A stretch of DNA of 20,000 nucleotides from an uncultured virus (IMG/VR IMGVR_UViG_3300030376_007335) (Duplodnaviria > Heunggongvirae > Uroviricota > Caudoviricetes): positions 53,416-73,415 of IMG/VR virus record IMGVR_UViG_3300030376_007335; one strand, 5' to 3'. Under the pieces are notes generated by a model. It did not search any database and was not told the DNA's origin. It saw only the letters and a program-made list of their open reading frames with translations. Positions 9,015 to 15,880 of the stretch are shown here, one piece after another. The number at the start of each line of letters is the position of its first letter. Positions within the stretch are counted from its first letter, which is position 1. Position numbers and translations under genes: made by a program.

Positions 9015-9266
9015 ATGATGCATTCTTATAGGACTATGGATTTAACACCAGATAAGTGTGGTGTGACTCCTATAGAAGTTGGTCTTGTAAATGAATTTAG
9101 CCCTTGGTACTACGATGGACACACCGTTTGGTGGGGTAAGAGATGTAAATTACGTAGTGAGGCAGAAGAGGCAGCTTTAAACTTGAAAAGAGAAGTTTCA
9201 AGAGTTAGTGGATTTAATATACGTCAGGCCGAAGAAGAACAATGTCAGGCCAGGAGGAAGGCATAG
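9015..9266 (+). CDS. hypothetical protein
   Basis: 83-aa ORF abutting upstream stop. Confidence 0.6.
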   Translation: MMHSYRTMDLTPDKCGVTPIEVGLVNEFSPWYYDGHTVWWGKRCKLRSEAEEAALNLKREVSRVSGFNIRQAEEEQCQARRKA

Positions 9267-9338
9267 TTTTTATTGTTTCCTATGCCTAGAAAACGAGAGC
9301 CTTGCCGAGAAACAACGGTGAGGCTACTCCTCCTTTAC
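9252..9338. ncRNA. candidate structured RNA: three stems with complementary loops, Yfr2-like GGAAACA motif on the minus strand
   Basis: AGGAGGA(9252-58)/TCCTCCT(9328-34); AGGCATAG(9259-66)/CTATGCCT(9280-87); AGCCTTGCCG/CGGTGAGGCT; loops TTGTTTC and GAAACAA. Minus-strand extended -10 TGT-TAAGAT at 9353-9345. Confidence 0.5.
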
Positions 9339-9385
9339 TTATAAATCTTAACAATTTCTTTATAATTAATGTATCACTGTAAACT

Positions 9386-9413
9386 GTATAAATAGATACC
9401 GAATTACTATAAT
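9386..9413 (+). promoter_or_regulatory. NtcA box (GTA-N8-TAC) immediately upstream of a perfect -10 box
   Basis: GTATAAATAGATAC at 9386-9399; TATAAT at 9408-9413; a second 1-mismatch box GTATCACTGTAAAC at 9371-9384. Confidence 0.7.
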
Positions 9414-9441
9414 AAAGACATAGTCACACACGGCACTTATC

Positions 9442-9582
9442 ATGGCAAGTCTTACTTATCGCGGAATTGTTTATCAGAAGGATGTAGCAGCTTCTAAAAA
9501 AGAATTAGTTTCTGATGCTCCTCGTGTATATAGAGGAAAGTTCTATCATTACGAATCCCCTAAAAAGGAGAAAGTATCATGA
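9442..9582 (+). CDS. DUF4278-family small protein (46 aa, not in track)
   Basis: MASLTYRGIVYQKDVAASKKELVSDAPRVYRGKFYHYESPKKEKVS*; two YRG-x-x-Y motifs typical of DUF4278. Confidence 0.85.
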   Translation: MASLTYRGIVYQKDVAASKKELVSDAPRVYRGKFYHYESPKKEKVS

Positions 9583-9719
9583 ATGATTTAGTTTCAATTA
9601 GAAAACGTCTTCAGAAGAAGATCAGACTGCATGATGCACAGTTTTTAATAGCATCAAGATCACATTGTTTTAATGTGTCATCTCATCGACTTCCTCATAA
9701 GAAAAAGGTAGCTTTGTAG
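9579..9719 (+). CDS. small basic protein coupled to DUF4278 gene (46 aa, not in track)
   Basis: MNDLVSIRKRLQKKIRLHDAQFLIASRSHCFNVSSHRLPHKKKVAL*; AAGGAG RBS at 9565-9570 and ATGA overlap. Confidence 0.75.
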   Translation: MNDLVSIRKRLQKKIRLHDAQFLIASRSHCFNVSSHRLPHKKKVAL

Positions 9720-9730
9720 TTTTGATATTT

Positions 9731-9755
9731 AGCCTCACTTCAGTGGGGCTTTTTT
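9731..9755 (+). terminator. intrinsic terminator of the DUF4278 operon
   Basis: AGCCTCAC-TTCA-GTGGGGCT followed by a T tract. Confidence 0.85.
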
Positions 9756-9887
9756 AATGTCTAGTACATTTTGTTCTAAGAGAATCTTTTTTATTAATTC
9801 GTCTCGTTTGTGTCTGTTTGCAGGAAGCGAGTAAAAATTGTCTTTATATATCTCTTTTATTGCTTCCTGACTACTTTCATTAGTCAT
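9735..9887 (-). CDS. possible small protein (50 aa)
   Basis: MTNESSQEAIKEIYKDNFYSLPANRHKRDELIKKILLEQNVLDIKKAPLK*; ends inside the terminator hairpin. Confidence 0.3.
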   Translation of the reverse strand: MTNESSQEAIKEIYKDNFYSLPANRHKRDELIKKILLEQNVLDIKKAPLK

Positions 9888-10031
9888 GGTGTTTTTTCGA
9901 GTGTTTGTTGCAGGGATTACTGAAGAGTTATTACGTCGTTGCCTAAATTCTGTAGTTTTTTTTTATAGCGTGAGGCAAACTTAAACCCCTGTATAATCAT
10001 ATTAAGCCCTATAAGGCTTCTATATATCCTC

Positions 10032-10066
10032 AAACCGAGACCAAGGGGATTACGTCTCTCATCATA
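10032..10066 (+). promoter_or_regulatory. PhotoRC-type structured 5' leader of psbA
   Basis: AAACCGAGAC-CAAGGGGATTAC-GTCTCTCAT hairpin upstream of psbA, resembling the PhotoRC motifs of marine cyanobacterial/cyanophage psbA leaders. Confidence 0.65.
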
Positions 10067-10092
10067 CAAGTTAATCGTACTCTTACTTTTCA

Positions 10093-11182
10093 ATGACAAC
10101 TTCTTCTTTAAAGAAGAGTGGCAGTTTATTGCAAGGATGGGACGAGTTTTGTGAGTGGACTACTTCCACAAACAATCGCATTTACGTAGGTTGGTTCGGA
10201 GTCCTTATGATTCCTTGCTTACTGACAGCTGCAACTTGTTTCATCGTGGCATTTATTGCTGCTCCTCCCGTCGATATTGACGGTATTCGTGAACCTGTAG
10301 CAGGTTCTTTTTTATATGGAAACAACATCATCTCAGGAGCTGTTGTTCCCAGCTCAAACGCAATCGGACTGCATTTCTACCCAATTTGGGAAGCTGCAAC
10401 AGTTGATGAATGGCTCTATAACGGAGGACCATATCAACTCGTCATCTTCCACTTCCTCATTGGTATCTCTGCTTACATGGGACGACAATGGGAACTTAGT
10501 TATCGACTAGGAATGCGCCCTTGGATCTGTGTTGCCTACTCTGCACCAGTATCTGCCGCGTTTGCTGTATTCCTCGTCTATCCTTTCGGACAGGGATCAT
10601 TCAGTGACGGTATGCCTTTGGGTATTTCAGGCACGTTCAACTTTATGTTTGTCTTCCAGGCGGAACATAATATCCTCATGCATCCATTCCACATGGCAGG
10701 TGTCGCGGGTATGTTTGGCGGTGCTTTGTTTAGTGCTATGCATGGTTCACTGGTTACATCTTCACTTATTAGAGAAACCACAGGACTAGATTCACAAAAC
10801 TATGGATACAAATTTGGACAAGAAGAAGAAACGTACAACATCGTCGCAGCCCATGGCTACTTCNNNNNNNNNNCTTATCTTCCAATACGCCTCCTTTAAC
10901 AACTCTCGTAGTTTACATTTCTTTCTTGCTTCTTGGCCTGTTATTTGCATATGGCTCACCTCAATGGGTATATGCACCATGGCCTTCAACTTGAATGGAT
11001 TTAACTTTAACCAGTCAGTTGTAGATTCTTCTGGCAAGGTGGTACCAACATGGGCAGACGTGCTCAACAGGGCAAACCTTGGAATGGAAGTAATGCACGA
11101 GCGTAATGCTCATAACTTCCCATTGGATTTAGCAGCAGCTGAAACATCTTCAGTTGCTCTTATAGCACCAGCAATTGGTTGA
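10093..11182 (+). CDS. psbA: photosystem II D1 protein (single gene; apparent frameshift is due to the 10-N gap at 10864-10873)
   Basis: Continuous D1 sequence from [10 protein letters not shown] to [12 protein letters not shown]-[gap]-LIFQYASF needs only Gly-Arg (6 nt), giving 361 aa. Confidence 0.99.
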
Positions 11183-11214
11183 CCTTTACAAAGGGATTCA
11201 GCTAAATTGAAGGA

Positions 11215-11295
11215 AGGCATGATCTGACTCTTCTAGGGGAAAGGTGATGTGTGTGCAAAGTGTTGGACCTAGGGGTGATGCCCTAGGTCTTTTTT
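11215..11295 (+). ncRNA. candidate ~80-nt sRNA or extended psbA 3' UTR
   Basis: TTGACC(11179-84)-18 nt-TAAATT(11203-08) promoter-like pair, G/T-rich single-stranded segment, strong terminator. Confidence 0.35.
11266..11295 (+). terminator. intrinsic terminator downstream of psbA
   Basis: GACCTAGGG-GTGATG-CCCTAGGTC-TTTTTT. Confidence 0.9.
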
Positions 11296-11338
11296 ATGCT
11301 TATTAGAAGTAAAATAAAAAAAATAGTGTTAATCAATA

Positions 11339-11749
11339 ATGACATTTGTAGATCCATATGAAGGTAGGCGGAGAACAAACCCTCAAACTGGGCGTATTGA
11401 AGTCAATATGGGCGGCGGTGCTCCTAATTGTTTAGTACCTCCATGTCCTCAATGGGATGATAATTGGCAGCCTGAACCTAAAAAGCCTTGGGAAACTATG
11501 GAGATAAAGCCAGGTTGGGAACCAGGCCAACCAGTACCTTTACCATTACCTTCTAATGAAAAATCTTCTAAATGGGGTGATGCTGTGCAGTTAGCAGAAG
11601 AGTATATTGCTCGTAGAAATACTGCGAATCCAGCTGCTTCATTTATAAAAGATCCAACGGGATCAGGAAAACTTATAAAATTTAATCATCCTTTAGACCT
11701 AAGATCTGTTGAAGAGAAAATGGGAGGCTACCCATTTAATCAAATATAA
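11339..11749 (+). CDS. Pro/Gly-rich hypothetical protein
   Basis: 136-aa ORF, own TAAAAT at 11310-15. Confidence 0.75.
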   Translation: MTFVDPYEGRRRTNPQTGRIEVNMGGGAPNCLVPPCPQWDDNWQPEPKKPWETMEIKPGWEPGQPVPLPLPSNEKSSKWGDAVQLAEEYIARRNTANPAASFIKDPTGSGKLIKFNHPLDLRSVEEKMGGYPFNQI

Positions 11750-11799
11750 GTTCGCTTACATTAAAATTAAGATTAAATATAAAAAGTATTAATTAAGTC

Positions 11800-12093
11800 A
11801 TGGCTATTAGTGCAGGCGATTTCAAAAATAATTTTATTTCTCAACTATCTTTTCCTATAGATGGAGGTAGTACTCCTTATAAAAGAGGTCCTTATTTACC
11901 TGGAGAAAATATACCAGAAGAGACCGAACCTTTTGTTCCTATTCCAGTAGCTGGATCGTATGGTCAGCCTGGAGGAATGCCAGATTACATGTATGAGTCA
12001 ATACAGAGGCAATATGGGAATCCTAAATTTGGGGACTACACGACAGAAGATAAGAAAAATGTTGTTAATTGGTACAACAGAATGAGGGTTTAA
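11800..12093 (+). CDS. Pro/Gly-rich hypothetical protein
   Basis: 97-aa ORF, own TAAAAT at 11762-67. Confidence 0.75.
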   Translation: MAISAGDFKNNFISQLSFPIDGGSTPYKRGPYLPGENIPEETEPFVPIPVAGSYGQPGGMPDYMYESIQRQYGNPKFGDYTTEDKKNVVNWYNRMRV

Positions 12094-12095
12094 TT

Positions 12096-12254
12096 ATGAG
12101 ATTTGCAGGAGAAAAACTTTCACAGCAAAAGGTAGTTGAAGGGGAGGATTTTGACTTTGATAATCTTCTTGAAAAGAAGGTTAAAGCTCTTATTGATTCT
12201 GTACAACCAGATAATTCTCTCGAAGCTTTAGAAGAGGAGGAAGAGTCCTACTAG
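12096..12254 (+). CDS. small acidic protein (start revised to ATG 12096)
   Basis: MRFAGEKLSQQKVVEGEDFDF...EEEEESY; starts 2 nt after upstream stop. Confidence 0.65.
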   Translation: MRFAGEKLSQQKVVEGEDFDFDNLLEKKVKALIDSVQPDNSLEALEEEEESY

Positions 12255-12285
12255 GGTTAGAATTAAGGGAAATATTGATTGGATA

Positions 12286-12498
12286 ATGACAGTTCGGATA
12301 CCAGTTGTACCTTATGAAGAGAAGCCAAATACTCTTGGCTTTCTTAAAGATTTTGTTATGGATAAGGTTGTTCCTAAGTTTCAAGAAGTATGGAATAGAC
12401 CTATTATGGCGCCTACTATAACTAAGGAGCAGCATCTGGAGCAGATAAGAAGTCATGGAGGAGATCCATCACATTGGGAAAATCCTTATAATTACTGA
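12286..12498 (+). CDS. hypothetical protein
   Basis: 70-aa ORF, own TAGAAT at 12258-63. Confidence 0.7.
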   Translation: MTVRIPVVPYEEKPNTLGFLKDFVMDKVVPKFQEVWNRPIMAPTITKEQHLEQIRSHGGDPSHWENPYNY

Positions 12499-12663
12499 TT
12501 ACTTTTCTAGTAACACTGAATCAATAGAGTTGGGATGATCATCTAGATAAGGCAAGTCAGACTTAACAGTTTGAAGCGCATCATAGGAATCTTCTGCATA
12601 TGTACAGATGTCCTTATGGCTTCTGTCAGCTTCGTGATAGCCGACGGTGTAATGCTTAAACAT
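12499..12663 (-). CDS. conserved Prochlorococcus/cyanophage-type small protein (54 aa, not in track)
   Basis: MFKHYTVGYHEADRSHKDICTYAEDSYDALQTVKSDLPYLDDHPNSIDSVLLEK*. Confidence 0.8.
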   Translation of the reverse strand: MFKHYTVGYHEADRSHKDICTYAEDSYDALQTVKSDLPYLDDHPNSIDSVLLEK

Positions 12664-12683
12664 CACTTAAATATTTACTACTT

Positions 12684-12821
12684 CTACTTTATTTGAACGT
12701 ATTTTTTGTTGTCAGCAGGTAGTGACGTTAGCCACTCCTGATGTCTTATTTGTTGTCTACGAATCTCTTCGCAGTGACCACAAGTGCAGTAATAGTTGTT
12801 TACTTTTTCTTGTTTTTCCAT
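12684..12821 (-). CDS. small CxCxxC protein (45 aa, not in track)
   Basis: MEKQEKVNNYYCTCGHCEEIRRQQIRHQEWLTSLPADNKKYVQIK*. Confidence 0.6.
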   Translation of the reverse strand: MEKQEKVNNYYCTCGHCEEIRRQQIRHQEWLTSLPADNKKYVQIK

Positions 12822-12937
12822 TCCATTGCTTTGGCAATAGCGAGGGCTTGTTTTCTGTCTGTTACTTTTTCTCCATTACTAGATTTTAGTTCGCCTCTTT
12901 TAAATTCGCCCATTACTTCTCTTACTTTTTCAGACAT
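12800..12937 (-). CDS. DUF6496-like small basic protein (45 aa, not in track)
   Basis: MSEKVREVMGEFKRGELKSSNGEKVTDRKQALAIAKAMEWKNKKK*; KV-x-x-VM-x-EFK-x-G-x-LKS...KQA-x-AIA pattern. Confidence 0.8.
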   Translation of the reverse strand: MSEKVREVMGEFKRGELKSSNGEKVTDRKQALAIAKAMEWKNKKK

Positions 12938-12954
12938 TTTTTTTTATAATTTAC

Positions 12955-13152
12955 CTAACAATCATAAACGACAAGATCCTTTCGGAAGTCATTTAGTCCT
13001 CTAGTCATACATTCCAACATAAATTCACCAGTACTCATATTTATCGGGACTACTTTTTCTTCTTTCAAGTTTTCTAGTACTGATAAAATTTCAGCTCTTT
13101 CAGAGAAACTGTTAGTCATAGGAAAAAGATCGGGAGTAATGACTACTTCCAT
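12955..13152 (-). CDS. hypothetical protein
   Basis: 65-aa ORF co-oriented with neighbours. Confidence 0.65.
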   Translation of the reverse strand: MEVVITPDLFPMTNSFSERAEILSVLENLKEEKVVPINMSTGEFMLECMTRGLNDFRKDLVVYDC

Positions 13153-13161
13153 GTTTTTTAG

Positions 13162-13440
13162 TTAGTTTTTTGCTTCGTCTAAATAGCTTTTAGAATAACT
13201 TTTCTCTGTTTTTCCAAATCCTTTTTGTCCGAATCCGCTAAATATTCCTCCAGCGAATCTATTAACACCTCCGCTTCCAAAAGGACCTCCGCTTCCACGG
13301 AAGCTGAATTTTTCATTATCTCCAACTAAAAATGGATTTTCTAGTGAAGGAGCTGAAGGAGAAGGGCCGTCCGCATTACCACCTTCCATTCCTTTTTGTG
13401 TATCTCTACCTGCTACTGCGGATGCTCTTCTCTGTCCCAT
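13162..13440 (-). CDS. Gly-rich low-complexity protein
   Basis: 92-aa ORF, own TAGAAT at 13474-13469. Confidence 0.7.
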   Translation of the reverse strand: MGQRRASAVAGRDTQKGMEGGNADGPSPSAPSLENPFLVGDNEKFSFRGSGGPFGSGGVNRFAGGIFSGFGQKGFGKTEKSYSKSYLDEAKN

Positions 13441-13477
13441 TTCATTTATTTATTTATTTGAATACCTTATTCTAACC

Positions 13478-13729
13478 TTATCGATCATTTTCAAACATAA
13501 GAAATTTTTTGACATCCTTATCTTTTGCTTTAAGTAAGTTATCTATCATTTTTAATTTCTTCTCTGCTGCTAGAGCTCTTGCACTCCAATAGGACAAAGC
13601 TGCATTTGTTTCGTTTAGTTGCGTCTCTAAGGCTGTTTGAAAAAGTGCGGAAGGACTTATATCTAATTTAGATTCTTTCCATCTTTCATGGAGATTTTCA
13701 GGAACTGAGACACTTACAACAACAGCCAT
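13478..13729 (-). CDS. ribbon-helix-helix-like DNA-binding protein
   Basis: N-terminal alternating strand VVSVSVP, then helix ENLHERWKES and helix SPSALFQTALE, then coiled coil. Confidence 0.55.
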   Translation of the reverse strand: MAVVVSVSVPENLHERWKESKLDISPSALFQTALETQLNETNAALSYWSARALAAEKKLKMIDNLLKAKDKDVKKFLMFENDR

Positions 13730-13771
13730 TCTTACGAGTTTATGCTATTCCTCAAGATAGCACGTTATTTA

Positions 13772-13978
13772 TTAAAGCCCATATTTAACTTCCATAAGGT
13801 TAGATTTTTTTGACTCTGTAGCAACCACTGGGATAGGTTCACTCACTGTTAGATCAGTTGTAGCTCTTAAACCATTAGCAAACTCTTCTGCTTCATCTAA
13901 GGTGCAGAATTGAGGTGCGTGAGCGCCTATATCATTGTTATGTACGAAAACTACGTATCCAGTTACTGGGAATTTCAT
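13772..13978 (-). CDS. hypothetical protein
   Basis: 68-aa ORF (AEEFANGLR...VSEPIPVV). Confidence 0.7.
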   Translation of the reverse strand: MKFPVTGYVVFVHNNDIGAHAPQFCTLDEAEEFANGLRATTDLTVSEPIPVVATESKKSNLMEVKYGL

Positions 13979-14037
13979 TTTTTAAGGATGTCCTTATGAA
14001 AATTAGCAGGTATTTTTACCTTTTCAAGTGCTTGAAG

Positions 14038-14205
14038 TCAGGCTATTAAAAATGGACCAGACTTGTAGTACTTGTTTGGAGATTCTTGAACAGTACGATC
14101 TGCTTCTTCGTGACCAGTTACTTTTATAACTTCACTAGTACTTGTAGGAGAGCCTTTTGTAAGGACAGCCCAAGCTAGACGTTTTGTTGGAGTTGCTTTT
14201 TCCAT
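14038..14205 (-). CDS. small hypothetical protein (55 aa, not in track)
   Basis: MEKATPTKRLAWAVLTKGSPTSTSEVIKVTGHEEADRTVQESPNKYYKSGPFLIA*. Confidence 0.65.
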   Translation of the reverse strand: MEKATPTKRLAWAVLTKGSPTSTSEVIKVTGHEEADRTVQESPNKYYKSGPFLIA

Positions 14206-14276
14206 AGCAGTTATTTTTCTATCGCGTATTTAATTATGAGGGGAATGAATCTGTACCGTACAAGGTGTTGTCCAGT

Positions 14277-14324
14277 AAAAAACCATTGCTATGACTAAGT
14301 CAAGGAAACTCAGTCTAGCAATGG
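14277..14324 (-). terminator. long terminator-like hairpin
   Basis: minus strand CCATTGCTA-GACTGAGT-TTCCTTG-ACTTAGTC-A-TAGCAATGG-TTTTTT. Confidence 0.65.
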
Positions 14325-14361
14325 CAATGGGTTTTGGTTATTAGAAATCTTTATATTTCAG

Positions 14362-14526
14362 TTAAAAATCGATTAAGAAATTGTCTTCATCGTCATGATC
14401 GAAAGCTCTTGCTCCTATAGCTGATGCAAGAAAGTTATCCCCTTTGGCAATGGAGCTCTTTACCTCGTGATCCAGCATCTCTTTATAGAGATCTGAATCG
14501 GTATACATGAAGTCTTCTCTTGGCAT
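14362..14526 (-). CDS. small acidic protein (54 aa, not in track)
   Basis: MPREDFMYTDSDLYKEMLDHEVKSSIAKGDNFLASAIGARAFDHDDEDNFLIDF*. Confidence 0.65.
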   Translation of the reverse strand: MPREDFMYTDSDLYKEMLDHEVKSSIAKGDNFLASAIGARAFDHDDEDNFLIDF

Positions 14527-14550
14527 GATTAGTGGTGCAAATGAACATGA

Positions 14551-14826
14551 TCAGGAGGCGTCGTATGAAGCTCTTTCAAAAGCAGCCGAAATATTTGGTG
14601 CATTTGGTGCTGGTTCAAACTGAGATCTTATCCCATTGAGGAGTTCAATAGTCTGATCCAGACTTAATTCCTGTTCACCATGTATGTTATCAATGAAGAG
14701 GGGGTCTTCCCTTAAATCGTCAATAGAAGTTAACATTTCTGTTATTTTATTGACAATACCTTTGTGGTGAGATTCCAAGGATTCTTTTTTCTTCATCGTT
14801 TTAATAGCATAAGTATGGAGATTCAC
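14551..14826 (-). CDS. hypothetical protein
   Basis: 91-aa ORF; start uncertain. Confidence 0.65.
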   Translation of the reverse strand: MNLHTYAIKTMKKKESLESHHKGIVNKITEMLTSIDDLREDPLFIDNIHGEQELSLDQTIELLNGIRSQFEPAPNAPNISAAFERASYDAS

Positions 14827-14833
14827 TGCAAGT

Positions 14834-15118
14834 TTAGCTTTTCTTTTCCTTTGTAAACAAGTTTTTGATTTTATTGAAGTTTTCTTTGATGATGGGTGCT
14901 AGGAAATCAATTAATTTTTGTAGGTCTAAAGCTAGATCATGAAGTTCTCCTTGAAATAACAGCCACCTATCGCTGATGTCCCTCTTATAGTCTTCAAATG
15001 TTAGAAGTTTAATCTTTCTTGGTGGAGCTGGAGAAGTCTTTGTTTGAGCTACCATTTTTTTTAAGAAGGTTTGAGGTGAGATTCTTTGCTTAACGATAGC
15101 GTTACTAATCATTGTCAT
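14834..15118 (-). CDS. hypothetical protein
   Basis: 94-aa ORF in the minus-strand run. Confidence 0.7.
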   Translation of the reverse strand: MTMISNAIVKQRISPQTFLKKMVAQTKTSPAPPRKIKLLTFEDYKRDISDRWLLFQGELHDLALDLQKLIDFLAPIIKENFNKIKNLFTKEKKS

Positions 15119-15197
15119 CGCTTATCTTCCATAAGAATATCCAAAGCCAGAGAAGTGACAAGAGTAAAACTACTAATTCAAATACAGGAGTAGGCAT
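15105..15197 (-). CDS. small membrane peptide (30 aa, not in track)
   Basis: MPTPVFELVVLLLSLLWLWIFLWKISDDND*; fills the gap between two genes. Confidence 0.5.
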   Translation of the reverse strand: MPTPVFELVVLLLSLLWLWIFLWKISDDND

Positions 15198-15198
15198 T

Positions 15199-15348
15199 TT
15201 ATTTAGTCAAGGATTTGATTTTATCTCTCCAGTATTCCCTCTCCTCTTTATCAATCCATGGAGAATGAACCATGATGTGAGCTTCTTGAAGCCAGTCTTT
15301 ATCGGTCCATTCTTTTTTTGGTCTTCCTATATAGTCTTTTAGAGTCAA
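15199..15348 (-). CDS. small cyanophage-type protein (start revised to TTG 15348)
   Basis: MTLKDYIGRPKKEWTDKDWLQEAHIMVHSPWIDKEEREYWRDKIKSLTK; the longer track start overlaps another gene. Confidence 0.7.
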   Translation of the reverse strand: MTLKDYIGRPKKEWTDKDWLQEAHIMVHSPWIDKEEREYWRDKIKSLTK

Positions 15349-15353
15349 TCTAT

Positions 15354-15527
15354 TTAAGTAAGAACGAGTATTAAACGAATAATAATGCCAGTAATCAAGA
15401 TGTAGTAAGACCACATGATCCACATACCAATTTTGTTATGTCTAGAACCACGTTTGTAAGGATGAACAGCTAGATGAGGAGATCTGTCCCATCCATCTAC
15501 CATGTAGTCTTTAGTTTTAATAGTCAT
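15354..15527 (-). CDS. small membrane protein (57 aa, not in track)
   Basis: MTIKTKDYMVDGWDRSPHLAVHPYKRGSRHNKIGMWIMWSYYILITGIIIRLILVLT*. Confidence 0.7.
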   Translation of the reverse strand: MTIKTKDYMVDGWDRSPHLAVHPYKRGSRHNKIGMWIMWSYYILITGIIIRLILVLT

Positions 15528-15658
15528 GATTTAGGTAATTTGCGATTGAAGTTCCAATAGTCGAATTTTTGCCATACCTTATATATACCAATCAAGATTC
15601 TTTTAGTAAATTCTTCGAGAAATATTAATGAAATGACAATTATTTCAAATCCAGTCAT
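15524..15658 (-). CDS. small hypothetical protein (44 aa, not in track)
   Basis: MTGFEIIVISLIFLEEFTKRILIGIYKVWQKFDYWNFNRKLPKS*; ATGA overlap with next gene. Confidence 0.65.
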   Translation of the reverse strand: MTGFEIIVISLIFLEEFTKRILIGIYKVWQKFDYWNFNRKLPKS

Positions 15659-15863
15659 GACCTTCTAGGTACTCAATGTACTCTTCTTGAGCAGTAGGAA
15701 GCTTTGAGTAGAAATCTGGTGTATGAGTATGAGTAAGAACATCACCTAAAGCTTTTTCAATAGGAGCTGTAATGGTGTCGCATGAGTGTCCTTTCACACC
15801 TTCAACAATTTCCTGAACGTTTCCGTTAGGAGCGATGCTATATCGAATAGTTGTCTGTGGCAT
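15645..15863 (-). CDS. DUF2997-family protein
   Basis: TIRYSIAPNGNVQEIVEGVKGHSCDTITAPIEKALG matches I-x-F/Y-x-I-x-x-D/NG-x-V-x-x-x-V-x-G-x-x-G-x-x-C. Confidence 0.8.
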   Translation of the reverse strand: MPQTTIRYSIAPNGNVQEIVEGVKGHSCDTITAPIEKALGDVLTHTHTPDFYSKLPTAQEEYIEYLEGHDWI

Positions 15864-15880
15864 GTCAGGGGTATATCAAT

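Noticed and set aside
9252..9334. Hammerhead ribozyme or purine riboswitch (three-way junction with loop contact)
   Set aside because: No CUGANGA core or purine-riboswitch junction nucleotides on either strand
9414..9441. Glutamine (glnA/Downstream-peptide) riboswitch upstream of DUF4278
   Set aside because: Predicted leader is only about 22 nt and no CGTT...GGAA(G/C) core is visible
9981..10016. Imperfect direct repeat (TTAAACCCCTGTATAA / TTAAGCCCTATAA) as an RpaB HLR1 site upstream of psbA
   Set aside because: Too degenerate relative to the TTACA-type repeat consensus to call
10864..10873. Apparent frameshift, split psbA or intron
   Set aside because: A ten-N scaffold gap replaces the 6 nt expected for Gly-Arg, and both flanks are intact D1. 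A hidden insertion cannot be excluded but nothing supports one.
9917..11067. Track ORFs 9917-10099-, 10316-10510+, 10529-10789+, 10578-10781- and 10792-11067-
   Set aside because: Overlap psbA or its leader; no protein-like features
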